From Bugula neritina (lineage: Eukaryota; Animalia; Bryozoa): DNA of 64,000 nt. Of this stretch, positions 34,698 through 49,023 are shown one piece after another. The stretch spans positions 13,391,133 through 13,455,132 of the forward strand of contig OZ037771.1 in NCBI GenBank assembly GCA_964035545.1. The letters are read 5' to 3'. Position numbers and translations under genes: made by a program. Positions within the stretch are counted from its first letter, which is position 1; each line of letters opens with the position of its first letter. The notes below the pieces were generated by a model that saw only the letters and a list, made by a program, of their open reading frames with translations, did not search any database and was not told where the DNA came from.

Positions 34698-37385
34698 TTG
34701 CTAGATATTTGGATGGCTAATTCTCATTGGGCATACTTGTTGCCATCGGCAACCTACGAGTAAACCTACACTATCTTTTGTTGTATTATGTATAGCAAAC
34801 TGGCGCACACGATTTGAGACGCCGTACGTTGAGGAGACAACCCCTATCTCACATCTGCTCCTGGTATGCTAGAGTACGGAGGACTGGAGACATGTAGTGT
34901 TGAAGTTGTCTGCACAATTGAAAATAGGCTTATTTATTATTTCTTATTGCAAATTTATATTTTTAATGCCATTTATTTGTAATTTGTTTTCAGTTTGTAA
35001 GATATACTTCAAAAAACTCCATTTTTTCTTGACTGTCAACACTATCTTGTGATGTTTGATGGAACTGCATCTATAAAGATAACGCAGTACTCATTAGACA
35101 TGAAATTTCTTCTTGAATTATTGTACACTCTTACATAATATAATATAATATAGCATGTTGTTTACTATTCACTCAATATAAATTTTATTTGATAGCAAAA
35201 TTAAAATCTGCATAATTTAAAGAATAATAAAGCTGATTGTACAGGTGGCATTTAAAAGCACTCTATTACAGAATAATCTTCTCTTGGCACTAGTTTTATC
35301 ACAGTTATAGTTCCATGTTTATGGCTCCAGCTGCCATTTTGGATAGTATAATTATATTGTGTAACAAGAGATAATTTGGGGAAGTCATTGCATTTTTCTC
35401 ATATCAAGAATGGATAACTCCAGAATTATCTGTAACATTATAAAATATATAATGGCATTCAAAGCATCTGCAAACTGATGAATATAGGATTTATCAGACA
35501 CATGGTATTTTATAATCCAAGTGAAAACCCAATAAGATCACATTAGCCTCTGTAGGTACTCAGTACTGCATATTTTGTTTTAACCAATTAGTAGCTTGTG
35601 CCCTATTTCTATTCACTGCTCAAAGTCAGCTTTCGCAAAGCTGAATACAAAAGTAATGTTTTTCTGGCAAAGTTTGTGGTTCTAATATATCAATTTTACT
35701 ATTTTATATAATTAATTAAGGCAAAATATATCTTTGCATAGTTTGTACTACTCTTATATTGGAATATTAATGTAAATGAAGTGCTAATTCAGGTGTTTGC
35801 TCTAAATTACTTGTAATTAGATTATGTTGTTCAATTTACAGTCTAGTCTGCCAAATTATAGTAAATTAATTTACTATTATTTCATTATAATAATAAATTA
35901 TAATTAATAGATCGTGCAATGGCTGCGCAGATGCCAGAATTTCTTACTACGTCTACTAGCTAAGTATGGTGGTGTAGATATGGCCATCTTTGGAGCCGTA
36001 GTGTATGTCATATTTTGTTAAACCACATACATTCTGAGTTATATATAGGTTATATGAAGGTCATTCTTTGCAATAGAACTGCACTTTCACTTGACTAACG
36101 TAGACTCTTGGAGTGTAAATGAACGAACCAACTGTATATATAATGTAGACTGAGTAATAGTCATATTCATGCCTAGGATCCCCCCCTCAACCTCTCGGAG
36201 GAAAAACATGTATATATAGAACAATCACAGCACTACATTCTATAGTCTTTGCTCAACAGGAAAAAGTCTAATTTGAAATGTTCAGTGATAATAGCATATG
36301 CAATTACACATTTCACATTCTCTGTCGGGTTCAATCAGATGCTCAGTTTTTATTTCATATTGATTTTACATGAACATCGATTTTAAGATCTGTGCATGTC
36401 TACTTTATTAATATAAATGTAAAAGTATGATTTGTAATCAGATGGTTAGTATGTAACGGACAGAAACACCGAAACCCAGTGCTTCTCTCAGCTATCGTCT
36501 CATCAAAGGTAAGTGCAAGTAGGCTATGTATGTGGCAGATAAAGGTAAGTGATATACAAAACTTTTTACTTTATATAATGTCTGCAAGTGCGTCATAGTA
36601 GCCATTGCAATGTAAATTCAAAAATAAAAACAATGAAATTATAAAAAAGTTGTCATACATAAACGATTTTAAAACCACTTGTTTATTTTTAAGCAAGGTT
36701 TGGGGCATAACTACTTGTATGTAGGACTAACAAAAGTATTACCCTGTTTGAAAATAAATAATTTGCATTCTTGATACTTATTGTTTATAGCCATATATTG
36801 TATGCACTATTTAATTGCAAGCATGTTATAGCATACAAAATGTATTATAAGTTAACATAGTCTATTTAAAGTGTAGTTTCATTAGCATATACTTCTGATA
36901 TTTACTAATATTATAGTACTGTATAATTATAGAATATAAAATACCATAAAAACATGCTAACTTTGAATGGCTGCATAAATGTTTCATTGTGACAGCTGAT
37001 TTTAAAGCTGTTTTGTCATTGCAAACCATCACCTATATATGCTACTCTCTGCCTATATATTATTTATACTATGTGTGTATATGAATACCAGTTGTGTATG
37101 TGGCAGAGTTGACTAGCTAGAAACTAGGCAGCTTGGATGGGTTGAATGCATTTTACTTTCAGTACATTTTCATCTGCTCTTCAATAAAAGCAAATAGGCA
37201 GGATGTTTCTATAGAAAGGAAATCTCTTTCATTGTATGATTGAAGTGTGAAAGACTATCAACTACATTAGTTTTGTCATAATACTGCAATGCATTAGTGA
37301 ATGATAAAAATTTTATAAGCAATAATTCTAAGGCACTGGTTATATTTTTTTACAGGTAATATAGAATAATAATATCTATATTACT

Positions 37386-37743
37386 GGAATCCGTGACATT
37401 TCGAAAATGAGAATTGGGAAATAGACATTTGGAAAATGACATTTGGAACATGAAAAATATTCAACATGGCCTAGTCCAGAAGGGGCGTTTAGTATCTGGT
37501 CGCGTTCAAAAAGCTTTTTGTAAATGTGAACAATTTTAAATTCGAACTACTCTGTAACTAATTCTATTTCTATGATGGCCTAACTGAATCGGCCATTATA
37601 TTTATTTTCAAAAGCTATTTTGGAATTGACCAGATACCGGACAACCCCTCAAGACTAGACCATGTTGAATATTTTTCATTTTCTAAATGTCTATTTTCCA
37701 AATAGGTGTTTTCCAATAGTCATTTTCGAAATGTCGTGTCACC
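37386..37743. mobile_element. 358-bp MITE with ~135-bp imperfect TIRs, GG...CC termini and 8-bp TSD ATATTACT (Merlin- or MULE-like; inference)
   Basis: ATATTACT at 37378-37385 and 37744-37751; arms GACATTTCGAAAATGA...ATGAAAAATATTCAACATGG(C/T)CTAGTC on opposite strands. Confidence 0.85.
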
Positions 37744-39079
37744 ATATTACTGGCCCTAATTCCATGCATTTTTACAAGTTAATTAGGTGTTTCGCGAAAG
37801 GATGATTTTTGATATTATATAAATTGGCTTGGCTAAACATATTTTTCTTTCTACTTTGAATGATATTAAAAATAAAAAATTCTGTACATATAGGAAAATG
37901 ATTGTAAGTTAGGAAATATTATTACACTAATATAACCATGTACATCTATTTTAAGAGTGTTTTACTCAAAATTCCCTGAAAATATACTTGATACAGTGTT
38001 AAAGGATGCAACAATGCAATGCATACATAGACATACAAATAATACAGTTTCCTACTATAGCTTATTTATACCGGAAACAGTTGAATTTTGAAAAATGCTG
38101 TCTTCTATGGAAATGTATTAATTGATTATTTGTTATAGAATTCAAATTATATACTGTCATACATACTAACAAACATACACATGCTGACAAACTATAAACC
38201 CCTCTAAGCCTCTCCTTAACATAGCTAACAAGAGTTCTAAAGTCTCAGCTAAACCACTTTGTATTTCCGGTTTTTCTGCAGTCCTGGTTTAAATCTATCT
38301 AATCAATATGCATTTATCAAAATATATCAATTCTAATAACTTCTATATAAAGGTTTTACGATACTTCTTCGTGAATTTAATAATAATTTAATATTATTAT
38401 CATTGTTGCTAATATTATGTCTTACTCTTAGTCTAACAGCAGCTCTATGAAGAAGTTAAACATAACGGATAAAACAAATTTAAAAAATAATACTGCAACA
38501 ATCCATATAATGTATATCAATATGCTAGCAACCTAATTTTCAGCTCACTTCATTAACTTTCCGTGCAGTATTGTGATAAAATAAATTTATTAATGGTGAC
38601 CTTGACATCTTCGTCCAAATGCCTTTCACATCAAGCCCCGAACCAATTTGTAAAAATTTTGGATTTTTTACTTTTAAATATTTTTTACGAAAAGAGCTTC
38701 AAAATAAATTAAAAAAAAAGTGAGCTGTTGTCCACATGAAAGGAAATATATGAGCCAATTTTCTAAATTCTGGAAGTTACCAGAGGGTCACAATATTTTT
38801 TTTTAAAAATCTTTATTTTCACGACAAGCTCTATATATTAATATAGAAAAAAAGAAGACAACTCTTCTTTCAGATTTTTCATGCGCCACGGTCACGTCAA
38901 TATCAGTGCTATTAACACATATATTTTAATTCGTTTTTTCTGGTATATTGAGTTGAGATTTTTTTTATATATTTTGTAAATGTAACTAAAAAAGTTTGAT
39001 CTTTCAATTAACAGTAATTGATTTTATCAAAATAACCTGGATGCCTACGATGTTTAAGTAGAACCTTATGTGATATATA

Positions 39080-39269
39080 ACTGGTAGATGATTATGGCCG
39101 GTAGGTGATTATGGCTGGTAGGTGATTATGGCTGGTAGGTGATTATGGCTGGTAGGTGATTATGGCTGGTAGGTGATTATGGCTGGTAGGTGATTATGGC
39201 TGGTAGGTGATTATAGCTGGTAGGTGATTATGGCTGGTAGGTGATTATAGCTGGTAGGTGATTATAGCT
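39080..39269. repeat. 17-bp minisatellite (GGTAGGTGATTATGGCT), ~11 copies
   Basis: Read directly. Confidence 0.95.
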
Positions 39270-39340
39270 CAGGTCCCTTGTAGTGTTTCTAGAGTTATGT
39301 TGCTTTTACTATTATATTAGCTAGACTCACCATTAACAGT

Positions 39341-39798
39341 GATGCTGCTGCTGCCAGTACCATTAGTAGTAGCACTACTACTATATAACTATAACTGCTG
39401 CTATTGCTGCTGCTACTGCTACTGCCACTACTACTACTGCTACTGCTACTACTACTGCTACTACTACTACTGCTGCTGCTACTACTGCTACTGCTGCTGC
39501 TACTATACTGCTACTACTGCTACTACTACTGCTGCTGCTGCTACTACTACTGCTGCTACTATACTGCTACTGCTGCTGCTGCTGCTACTACTACTACTAA
39601 TACTGCTGCTATTGCTACTGCTACTGCTACTACTGCTGCTGCTACTACTGCTACTGCTGCTGCTACTATACTGCTACTACTGCTACTACTACTGCTGCTG
39701 CTGCTACTACTACTGCTGCTACTATACTGCTACTGCTGCTGCTACTACTACTACTAATACTGCTGCTATTGCTACTGCTACTGCTACTACTGCTGCTG

Positions 39799-39832
<34 letters not shown>

Positions 39833-39997
39833 CACTACTGCTACTACTGCTACTACCACTACCACTACCACTACCACTACCACTACCACTACCACTACCA
39901 CTACCACTACCACTACCACTACCACTACCACTACCACTACCACTACCACTACCACTACCACTACCACTACTACTACCACTACTACTGCTACTGTACT
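39341..39997. repeat. Compound microsatellite (CTA/CTG)n grading into (CTACCA)n
   Basis: Read directly; source of the poly-L/T/C/Y/V ORFs. Confidence 0.97.
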
Positions 39998-40769
39998 AGT
40001 AATAGTAGTTAATAATGCTGCAAGTATAATTAGCTATATGACATTAAAGGACATTTTCCTTACAGGACAGAATATTATCAACTAAGTCGTTGGTTTATTT
40101 CAGCAAATGTGGGCGGAGACAGACAAATATTTACACTTTCCTGAATAGTGCAGAACTGTTAGGTTTCTATTCCTGGTACAGTAGCTGTTAAACAAACATG
40201 TAGACACACAGCTTTATTATATTGACATTGTTACTCATGTATTATGATATTTCTAGTTAAATTTAGCAAACTGGTGCTATTTTTATCTTTCATTTGGCTC
40301 TATTTTTAGGGTTGAAGAAAATATTTTTTACTCTACATTTATGTAGTGACAGCAACAAATAGTTTAATCGTCATTTGTTGAAAGGTAGAACTGTGTGCTA
40401 AAGTGAGATATAATAACTGCCATTGTCATAATTATGACAATATATATTCTGGGAACACACGCACACACGCACACAAAAGGTTTTGCAATAACGCTTTATT
40501 TTATAGTATTTTAAAGTTTAAACCGAGTCCACCATGCCTTGGAGTGTTCTAAGCAGAATAATCCAGTTTCTAATTAATATGTGAATTGTTAGAATTGTTA
40601 AGGTCTATACGTTTATATGACATTCAAAATAAGTGTATAATTTGGTAATTCTTCATGTTTTTACTATCAATATGCATTGATAATCTTATAAATGCATTGC
40701 AGTACTTGGTAGTGTACTGTGCAGTACTTATTGTTACAATGAAGTGTAGTGTGCATTCTTTGTGCTACA

Positions 40770-41155
40770 ATTTAGAGTACTATGCAGTACTTAGTGTTAT
40801 AGTGTAGAGTACTATGTAGTACTTAGTGTTATAGTATAGAGTACTATGCAGTACTTAGTGTTATAGTGTAGTGTACTATGTAGTACTTAGTGTTATAGTG
40901 TAGTGTACTATGTAGTACTTAGTGTTATAGTGTAGTGTACTATGCAGTACTTAGCGTTATAGTGTAGTGTACTATGTAGTACTTAGTGTTATAGTGTAGT
41001 GTACTATGTAGTACTTAGTGTTATAGTGTAGTGCACTATGCAGTACTCAGTGCTATGATGTAGTGTGCTATAATGTAGTATTTATTGTAGCAATGTAGTG
41101 CACTATGCAGTACTTAGTGCTATGATATAGTGTAGTGTACTATGCAGTACTTATT
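40770..41155. repeat. 31-bp minisatellite (TAGTGTACTATGTAGTACTTAGTGTTATAGTG-like)
   Basis: About 12 copies, degenerating toward the ends. Confidence 0.92.
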
Positions 41156-42576
41156 ATAGTAGAGTAATATGCGTATGCAGTATCTAGTGTTACGATGCTG
41201 AGGCCATTACCTTGATAGGTTACCTATGTTATCAAGTTTGTGATTATCTATTTGAAATAAATAGTGTTACCATAAAGGGAGTAAAGTATAGCATAGTGTG
41301 AGACACGCAGCTTTAGGCCGTGCATGCTCTACACAATGTAAGTCTATAATAAAGCAGCTAAAATTGATTAGTTTTGCTAGGGTTTCCATTACCTCTTGTG
41401 TATAAATCACAGCAGCATAGATTATTATAAAAATATTTGTTTAGGGCTTCTATCACTCAATAAAGTATTAAATGTAATGCTGGCTGCTATTAGATAATAT
41501 GTAGTTATTGATATTATAGTATTTACAATCAGTATTACATAAGAACAGCAGCTGTCAAGGTAGCTGCCACTTACTGACAGCAGAGTAACTAGAGTCAGCA
41601 ATATGGCATACATACTTCGGTAAGAGTTAACGTACTTGTGCTTTACATATAGGAGAGACATACTGTATGTGTTTATCTTTTAATATTAATGGGTAGGTGT
41701 AGAATAGAAATGTATATTATGTATGCTTAATATTATAATATTTCTGATGTGCTCGTTAAATGTGTTTACATCATATAATATTATATTACAAGTGTAAGTA
41801 ATGTAGTAATGTATGTGTTTCATACCGTATTACAAGCGTATTACAAGCGTATAATGACTATACTGTAAATCCTCTAGTAGCTAGTTGCTATGAAGAGTAT
41901 TGAGTAGAGACATTATACTAATTACATTGCGATTAGCTGACCAGTGGATAGATTTTATGATTTAGTGTATAGTCACAGCATTATGTAATGACTGTCCAAT
42001 AAGAAAGGTGATGTGGATGCTTGTGAAGGCACCACCATCCGTTAGCTATAGTGAGTCATATTTTCAGACATATCCTCACTTGATGCTTCAGTGGAAAATA
42101 CGTGTGTTTTTGCCGATTATCATTTTTTATTAAACTAGTGGTAAGTTTTTTACATTTAGCAAAGTTTGGGGGGTGGGAGAATATGTTTTTAATTTTTTTA
42201 TTTTGATCTGCCGTTTATGAGCAAAGAATCGCATTTTTTCTAAAAGCTAATTGTTGTTAACTTGCCGGGCCAAGTAATTACTCTTTTCCTATCTGATACA
42301 TAAGCTCTTTGCACGCAAAATACCAAGAACGTGCCTTTCATTATGATTTCAGTTTCAAAATGGCGAGTTTCATTAGATTAGGCCGTCATAAACCCTCAAG
42401 CGTTTATTATTCTTTGCACCTTTACAAGAAGGAAATGCAAGGTGGGAGCAAAAATTAGTTTTCCTAGAAATGCATTAACTCTATAATATATGTTATAGAG
42501 TATTATCTTCTTATTAAAGCATCAGACCATGTAGACAATAGAAAACTTTCTAGAGGAGGTTTTTGGAAGGTAAGGA

Positions 42577-42780
42577 AGTAGCCGTGGTTCAGAGGTTAGA
42601 GTGCTTGCTTAGTAAACACCACGTCATGGGCTCCAACAAAGACCATTGGTGATATTAGAAAGAGCATCCAATCATAATTGCTCCTGTGCCCCATCAAAAT
42701 AAGTCCTTAGCCTGATTTAACAAAAAAACCTTTCCACCAGGGCTTCTCACAGGGATGGTGACTATAAACTTGTGCAAGTT
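42577..42780 (+). mobile_element. tRNA-derived SINE, copy A
   Basis: A-box-like head GTAGCCGTGGTTCAGAGGTTAGAG; body collinear with copy B in the opposite orientation. Confidence 0.75.
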
Positions 42781-42881
42781 TAATGGAAGGTGAAGAGGGA
42801 GGGGTAGGATGTCTTAGAATTTATTCTGCAACAGCTGCCATTTCTATTTATACACATTACTCGAAGTCATTTACATCTTAT

Positions 42882-43093
42882 CTCATGCAAGTTTATAGTC
42901 ACCATCCCTGTGAGAAAACCCTTGATGGAAAGGAGATTTTCGTTGAATCGGGCTTAGAACTTATTTAGGTGTGGCACAGGAGTAATTATGACTGGATGCT
43001 CTTCCTAGCATCACCAATGGCCTTTACTGGGGTTCGAACTCATAAATTTGTGCTTACTAAGCTAACGTTTTATTCCTAGACCATGGCTGCTCC
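42882..43093 (-). mobile_element. tRNA-derived SINE, copy B, full length with a 16-bp target site duplication
   Basis: Minus strand reads GGAGCAGCCATGGTCTAGG (A box-like)...GAGTTCGAACCC (B box). GTCATTTACATCTTAT is duplicated at 42866-42881 and 43100-43115. Confidence 0.85.
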
Positions 43094-44429
43094 TTTTATG
43101 TCATTTACATCTTATGACAGACATAAAATGAATATAAAATTGTTTTTACTTTTATTATACTACAAGGTAAAAATGCTGAAAGTCTTAGAAATATCAAAGG
43201 GATTAAAAATAATATGCAATTCTATAAATACAATAATCAGCATTAGTTGGAAATAACTGATTGGCCTTTTTATAGTAATGTTACTTAAAGTTCTAAATAC
43301 CAATTCAATGAAGAAATTGAAATAGCAAATTAAGACCATTAAACAAAAATAGGAGAGATATGTTCATTATCACTTTTACAGTTTCATTAATTAAATGAAG
43401 AGACTTGCAATGTCTGCCAGTCAACATCGCTTCCATTATAGCTTTGTGTCTAGTAAAATAAATTAAATTACTTATTTATAATAATAATGCAATTCATTTA
43501 CTCGCTGCTGCCGGAGTGGTACCACAGAGATTTACACTGCCAGTCAGATAGTTGCTTTGAATATTGCCTTAATTAAATTATTGGGTTTTTTAATTCTCTT
43601 AGTAGCAGATAGTAGTCAAAGGATATGATGCAAGCTGCTGAGTCTAGGATAGTTGTTAGCTAGTTATTAACTTGCTTTCATTGTTTGCTGTTTCTAAACG
43701 CTTTGTTTCAGGAAAAGCAGTTGATATGTTGCTTCATTAAACAGGTTATGTCTTTGTATGCTGCAGGTTTGCTAATTAAAATTCAGTTCTAGCTTATATA
43801 GAGTTAGGCTTATTGCTTCACCAGTGTTACTTTTTAGTAGTCAAAGTTGAAAAAGAAAACTGATTCGTGGCGGTATAATCCATGATTGATTGTAGCAGAT
43901 AAAATTGTAGTGTTTAAGTTACTAGAATAATTTGAAATGCATAATAACTTTAGAATTTAATCTTTAAACTAGTGATGAAAACTAAAGTGGAATAGCACTA
44001 TTGCACACATTTTTGTAAGTAGTTGTGATAACAAACTTACATTGTTACATAATTATAAATATACATGTAACATGACTAGAAGTATGGAATGTGATGTGCA
44101 CATATTACTGCTGCTACAATCACTGAATTGGGAAATATAACATACCTTATAGGTATACTTGTATAGCAATGTGCCTTTTGGTTAGGCTTTTGCAGCTTCA
44201 ATTTCTATAAATTCTGCTTCTTTACAAAGTCAGTTTTGACATTATTCAATATTGTAATGTATGTTTAAGAAAAGTAATTAGGGAACTAACCTATTATTTC
44301 CCCCATGTTTGTAATATACTTATATGGAATGTATTGCTATAACAAGGCCTGACTTGTTCATTCACAATAGTACACAGCTGTTACACCTTCTTACATTATT
44401 CATTGAACTTGCTACTTCTATGCCTGATC

Positions 44430-44468
<39 letters not shown>

Positions 44469-45548
44469 TATGCTTGAAAATCCACACTGATTTTCGTGGT
44501 GATCTTTAGCAATGGCTATCTGGTGTTTAACTAAATAAACCTGGTTGATTTAACATTAATTAATTATTCGTCCAATTTTATTTTGTGTAAAAGATATGAT
44601 TTTAAGACATGGTAAGACAGGTAAAGTTCCGAGTGTAATCTAAATTTTGTTAGTCTAGTGCTAAAAGCTGTAAAAAGTGCTAATAATGAACGCCTAAAAT
44701 TGAGTTTATAATAGATAGAAACCCACACAAAATATATAAATAGCTAATTAAAACAATTGTCTCTCAAACTTTTTATTCTTTACAATTTTTCTTCAATAAT
44801 CCAGACTTTCCAGAAAACTCACATTTTCTGAAATTTAAAGCTTTGAAATTATTTTATTACAACAAGAACTCTAAGTACTTGAATAGGGGCTTACAACTTT
44901 TTCTCCTGTGCACTTACACAACTTAGCTTAAATAAACCCTCTAAATGCTTGTGAATTAGAAAAATATGGAATTTATGTATTTTCTAAAAAGCTAAACCCT
45001 AGTTAACTTGCTAAGCAGAACTGATTATCAAAATATTATGATACGTGTTTACTTTGCCTGCAAGAGGTATCACTTATTCTATTGAACAATTGTAAGAACT
45101 TTTAACTATACTCATTAGAACAAGATTAAAAACATAAGAATGTGATGATTTAGGTAACTAAATGTATTTTAGTTGCAAGCAAAACTCTTTAATATATGCA
45201 TCTGGATTGTAGCAATGACTATCGGAGCCCAGAAGAAAAGAGCTTCTTTAGTCCGGCAGCAAAGCTCCAGTGAAGGTTTGCTGCTCTTATCCGGACGATG
45301 TTCAACTTTCAACAGTCTGCAGGGAGATAACTCCATGTATGTACAAAACCCGCCCGACACTGCCTGTGAGGCAGACTACTTGCTGGTGAGGGACACAAAT
45401 CGGTCTGGGGAGTCTAACAACAGTGTGGTACTTGAGAGGAGCAAGGCCATTGGAGCTAAGGCTAGTAGAATACACATTATTATTGTAGAACATATAAGAT
45501 AAATATTATTATAGAACCTTCAAGTATAAGACAATTATAATGTAATAA

Positions 45549-45896
<348 letters not shown>

Positions 45897-48800
45897 TTAG
45901 TAATAATTCTTATTTTGAGTTAATATTTATAAAAAGTTTAGTAAGTAGTTTTGCAATGAAACTGTGTATTAAAATGTTTTTGAATTTGAATACAGTAAAA
46001 GCGTGTGGCAAAAGTTTAGCTTTAAAAGATTACAACTACGAAACTTTGTTTTTATTCAAAGTCTTTTTGTATAAATAATCAACACATTATTTTTCCATTT
46101 CTAACAATTTAAAGGTTGACACCTGCAGACAGTTTTGTTGTATTGTGTTATGAAGTAAGGAGTGACTGAAAAGCTGAATGCTGCAGTTCCTATAAATGCT
46201 ATATTTTTGCGGAGTGTAGTGTTATGTTTAAGTCCAATATGAAAGCTTTCACAATTTGTCTTATTGCTTATTATATCTAACAAAACATGTCTGCTCAATA
46301 GATACATATGGTCACAGGCTCTAAATATTGAAAAAAGAGTCATTTTCAAAACAAAAATATAGTGTTAATATATTTAAAAAGAAACTGTGCATTCAAAACT
46401 AGAATTAGAACATATATAATTAGAATAAAAATATTGTAGCCATGAGTTATATTGCAATATAGTAACAGACACATGTCAGTGTTTTATATTACAGGGTATA
46501 TAATATGTTATAATAAGGCATATTAGACTATAGCCTTAAGATATATTACAGTATAGCTTGAGGGTATATTACATATTCATGAGCAAAGCATGTCTAGTAA
46601 ACCTAATGCCCTTTAATAAAGGTGATGGTGGATGGAAGATAATAATTGTATGCATGAGAGAGTTATGTCTTGTTGCAGCTGGTATATCTGCACAAGTAAA
46701 GGTAGTAATTATAACTTTCCAATCAGATGTTATTGTAAAGATTATACAAGAGTCTATCTAAAAGTATTATATGTACATTGTGGTACAATAACCTCAGTCT
46801 TATGATCACTAAGACTCATCAGGCTTTGAATCTGTTTGTTGAACTTACATCTTCTTCATGTTACGAGGAGTGTTCGCTTAGAAAAAGTAGGATATTTCTT
46901 TGGATTACTTGGTCTACAGATGTTAGACATTGACCAATGAATAGTCAGTAAATAATATAGTTTATAGTTTAAACAAGCAGATGGAAAATTTAGTTCTACT
47001 GCATCTCTTTTTAAGGAGCTGTACAAAGTTTTATGTTTTTGTATATATTATAATTCAAGTGTAAACTCGGGTCTTCTTATTTTTAGTTTCAAGTGTTCTG
47101 TATGAAACTTAGCTTAAGTATTCTTCATTAAGTTATTCATTTGTTTGTTTCAGTTGCTGTCACAGCAGTAAAATTCTAATTTCTCCTCTAATTTTTGTCC
47201 TATGATTATGATATTTTTAACACATCATTCTTAGACCTGCTTTCAACTTTCCTACCATAACTATATGTACAGGCAGCTATTAGATTTTTAAAATATAGGC
47301 CTCTCGCTTTACTGTGCTGGTCAAAACATCATCAATTTGGTTTTAACTTTCTCATCATCATCAATAATCCTGTGAAGATTCAAACCTAGCTTTTACTAAG
47401 CCTGTAATTTAAGTCAAAAAAATCAAGTCCAAAGATCTTCTATCTTTTAGTATGATAACTTTGAATGGAAGTTTATATAAAGCAAAAATTACAGCCTAAA
47501 TTTAAAAATATTCTACTCTATTTAAACACAAATTTTAGGAAAGACAACTGAGTTATTCATATTTTTGAAATAGCAACTTGATCATAAATTTCAACTATTA
47601 AATTAGTGAAATTCAAAGCTTCAAGATATATCTATACATGTAGATGCAACCAATAGAAGAAAGACTTTACATATCTCGCTTCTATAAATCTATGAATAAT
47701 TTGGTTCCATCAAAGATTTGTTACTTCACATGCTAGTTTTAGTAGTGCCTAAGTTACTTTCAAATTCTACCTTACAAAGTCACACTATAGTGTTTATAGC
47801 TTATTCATATGTTGGATATAAATTTGCTGCCTTATAGGAGTTGTATTCCTTTTTTTGCCTGTTACTAAAAGCAAGGCAGCAATTTTTGCATTCTGTTAGC
47901 TTACAATAATTTTTTCTAACTGTTTCATGCTTTCCTTTTACAAACTTTCACAGCCACATTCTGAGTTATACGCTTTTATTTGATGTAAACTATTGTTTAC
48001 ACTCACAGTAGCCTTGGGACCTCAAATAGCAAAGATTATTATAGACTAAGGACCTCAAATCATGCTGTCAACATTGTCTGAAGGTTTTAATATGACACAA
48101 AAGTGATTGTGTTTGGATGAATGTTCTATTTTCACCCCCCCCCCTGGTATTGATGCGGCTTGGTTCACTAGTCTATTGCAACAGCTGGTTGTTGAGAATC
48201 CTTTTCTGTTCTATTTTGGTCCTAATTATTGATATAAGTCAATATCATTACCTGATTGTTGAAGTCAAGCTCCGATACATAAGTTAATATTGTTGTATGG
48301 GATCTGGAGTCATGCAGCATGCCTCAACAAACTTGACACTAATGAACCTAATTATTTTCTGTTATTTTTATTAACAATTTCTGCGAGGCTAAGAATTTCT
48401 CACACTATAACTCACATTTGCTGTGCAAGTTGCAAATTGGGTGCTAATGTACACGACTTTGGTAGCTTTTCCAAAAATAATAATCAATATTTCCTCACAT
48501 TTTTGTGTTTTAATATGTTTTCTTATTTCCTTATATATGCCAAAAAAAGTTTGTAACATAAAACTGTTCACAAACTGCAAAAATCATATATTCCTATAAT
48601 ATAGCATTCTTAGCGCTGCTCCTAAACAATCAAAGGAATATATTGGGTTATATGTGCACATGACAACAAGCCATATTAACTCATGTTTTTAGAGAACTCA
48701 GTCTTTGCTTCTATAAATTATGTCAAATATGCCAATCTCGGTTTCATTAGGGGCTTGAAGTGGGAGGGGCAATCTTTTTTATTGCTAAAATTCAGAGTTT

Positions 48801-48934
48801 ACAAAAATAGCTTTTTCTTTCTACATTAGATGGTTAACTGACTTTTTAAATTGCTCTTAATTGTTAACTGTATAGTATTATGATAAATATGTTTCATTGT
48901 GCGTGAAACATGTTACATAGTTGAATAGTACAGA

Positions 48935-49023
48935 GAAAGTGAAATCAGTATATACATAAAGCATTAGCTGTTTATCTGAAAGCTTTTTATAGCTTTTTCT
49001 CTGAAAGCTTGTATAGTAACAAT
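48935..49023 (+). repeat. Dispersed repeat fragment; second copy at ~62411-62523
   Basis: Shared GAAAGTGAAATCAGT..CATAAA.CATTAGCTG.TTATCTG.AAGCTTTTTATAGCTTT..CTCTGAAAGCTTGTATAGTAACAAT; the second copy has one extra internal unit. Confidence 0.8.

Noticed and set aside
38570-38915. Possible TIR element remnant (GTGACC-like ends, transposon-like subterminal motifs)
   Set aside because: The ends do not pair convincingly and there is no TSD; too degraded to call.
39339-40085. Poly-L/T/C/Y/V ORFs
   Set aside because: Translations of a trinucleotide/hexanucleotide microsatellite.
43020-43093. Possible tRNA gene (B box GTTCGAACCC on the minus strand)
   Set aside because: No convincing cloverleaf; it continues into a repeated body with a TSD, so it is a SINE head.
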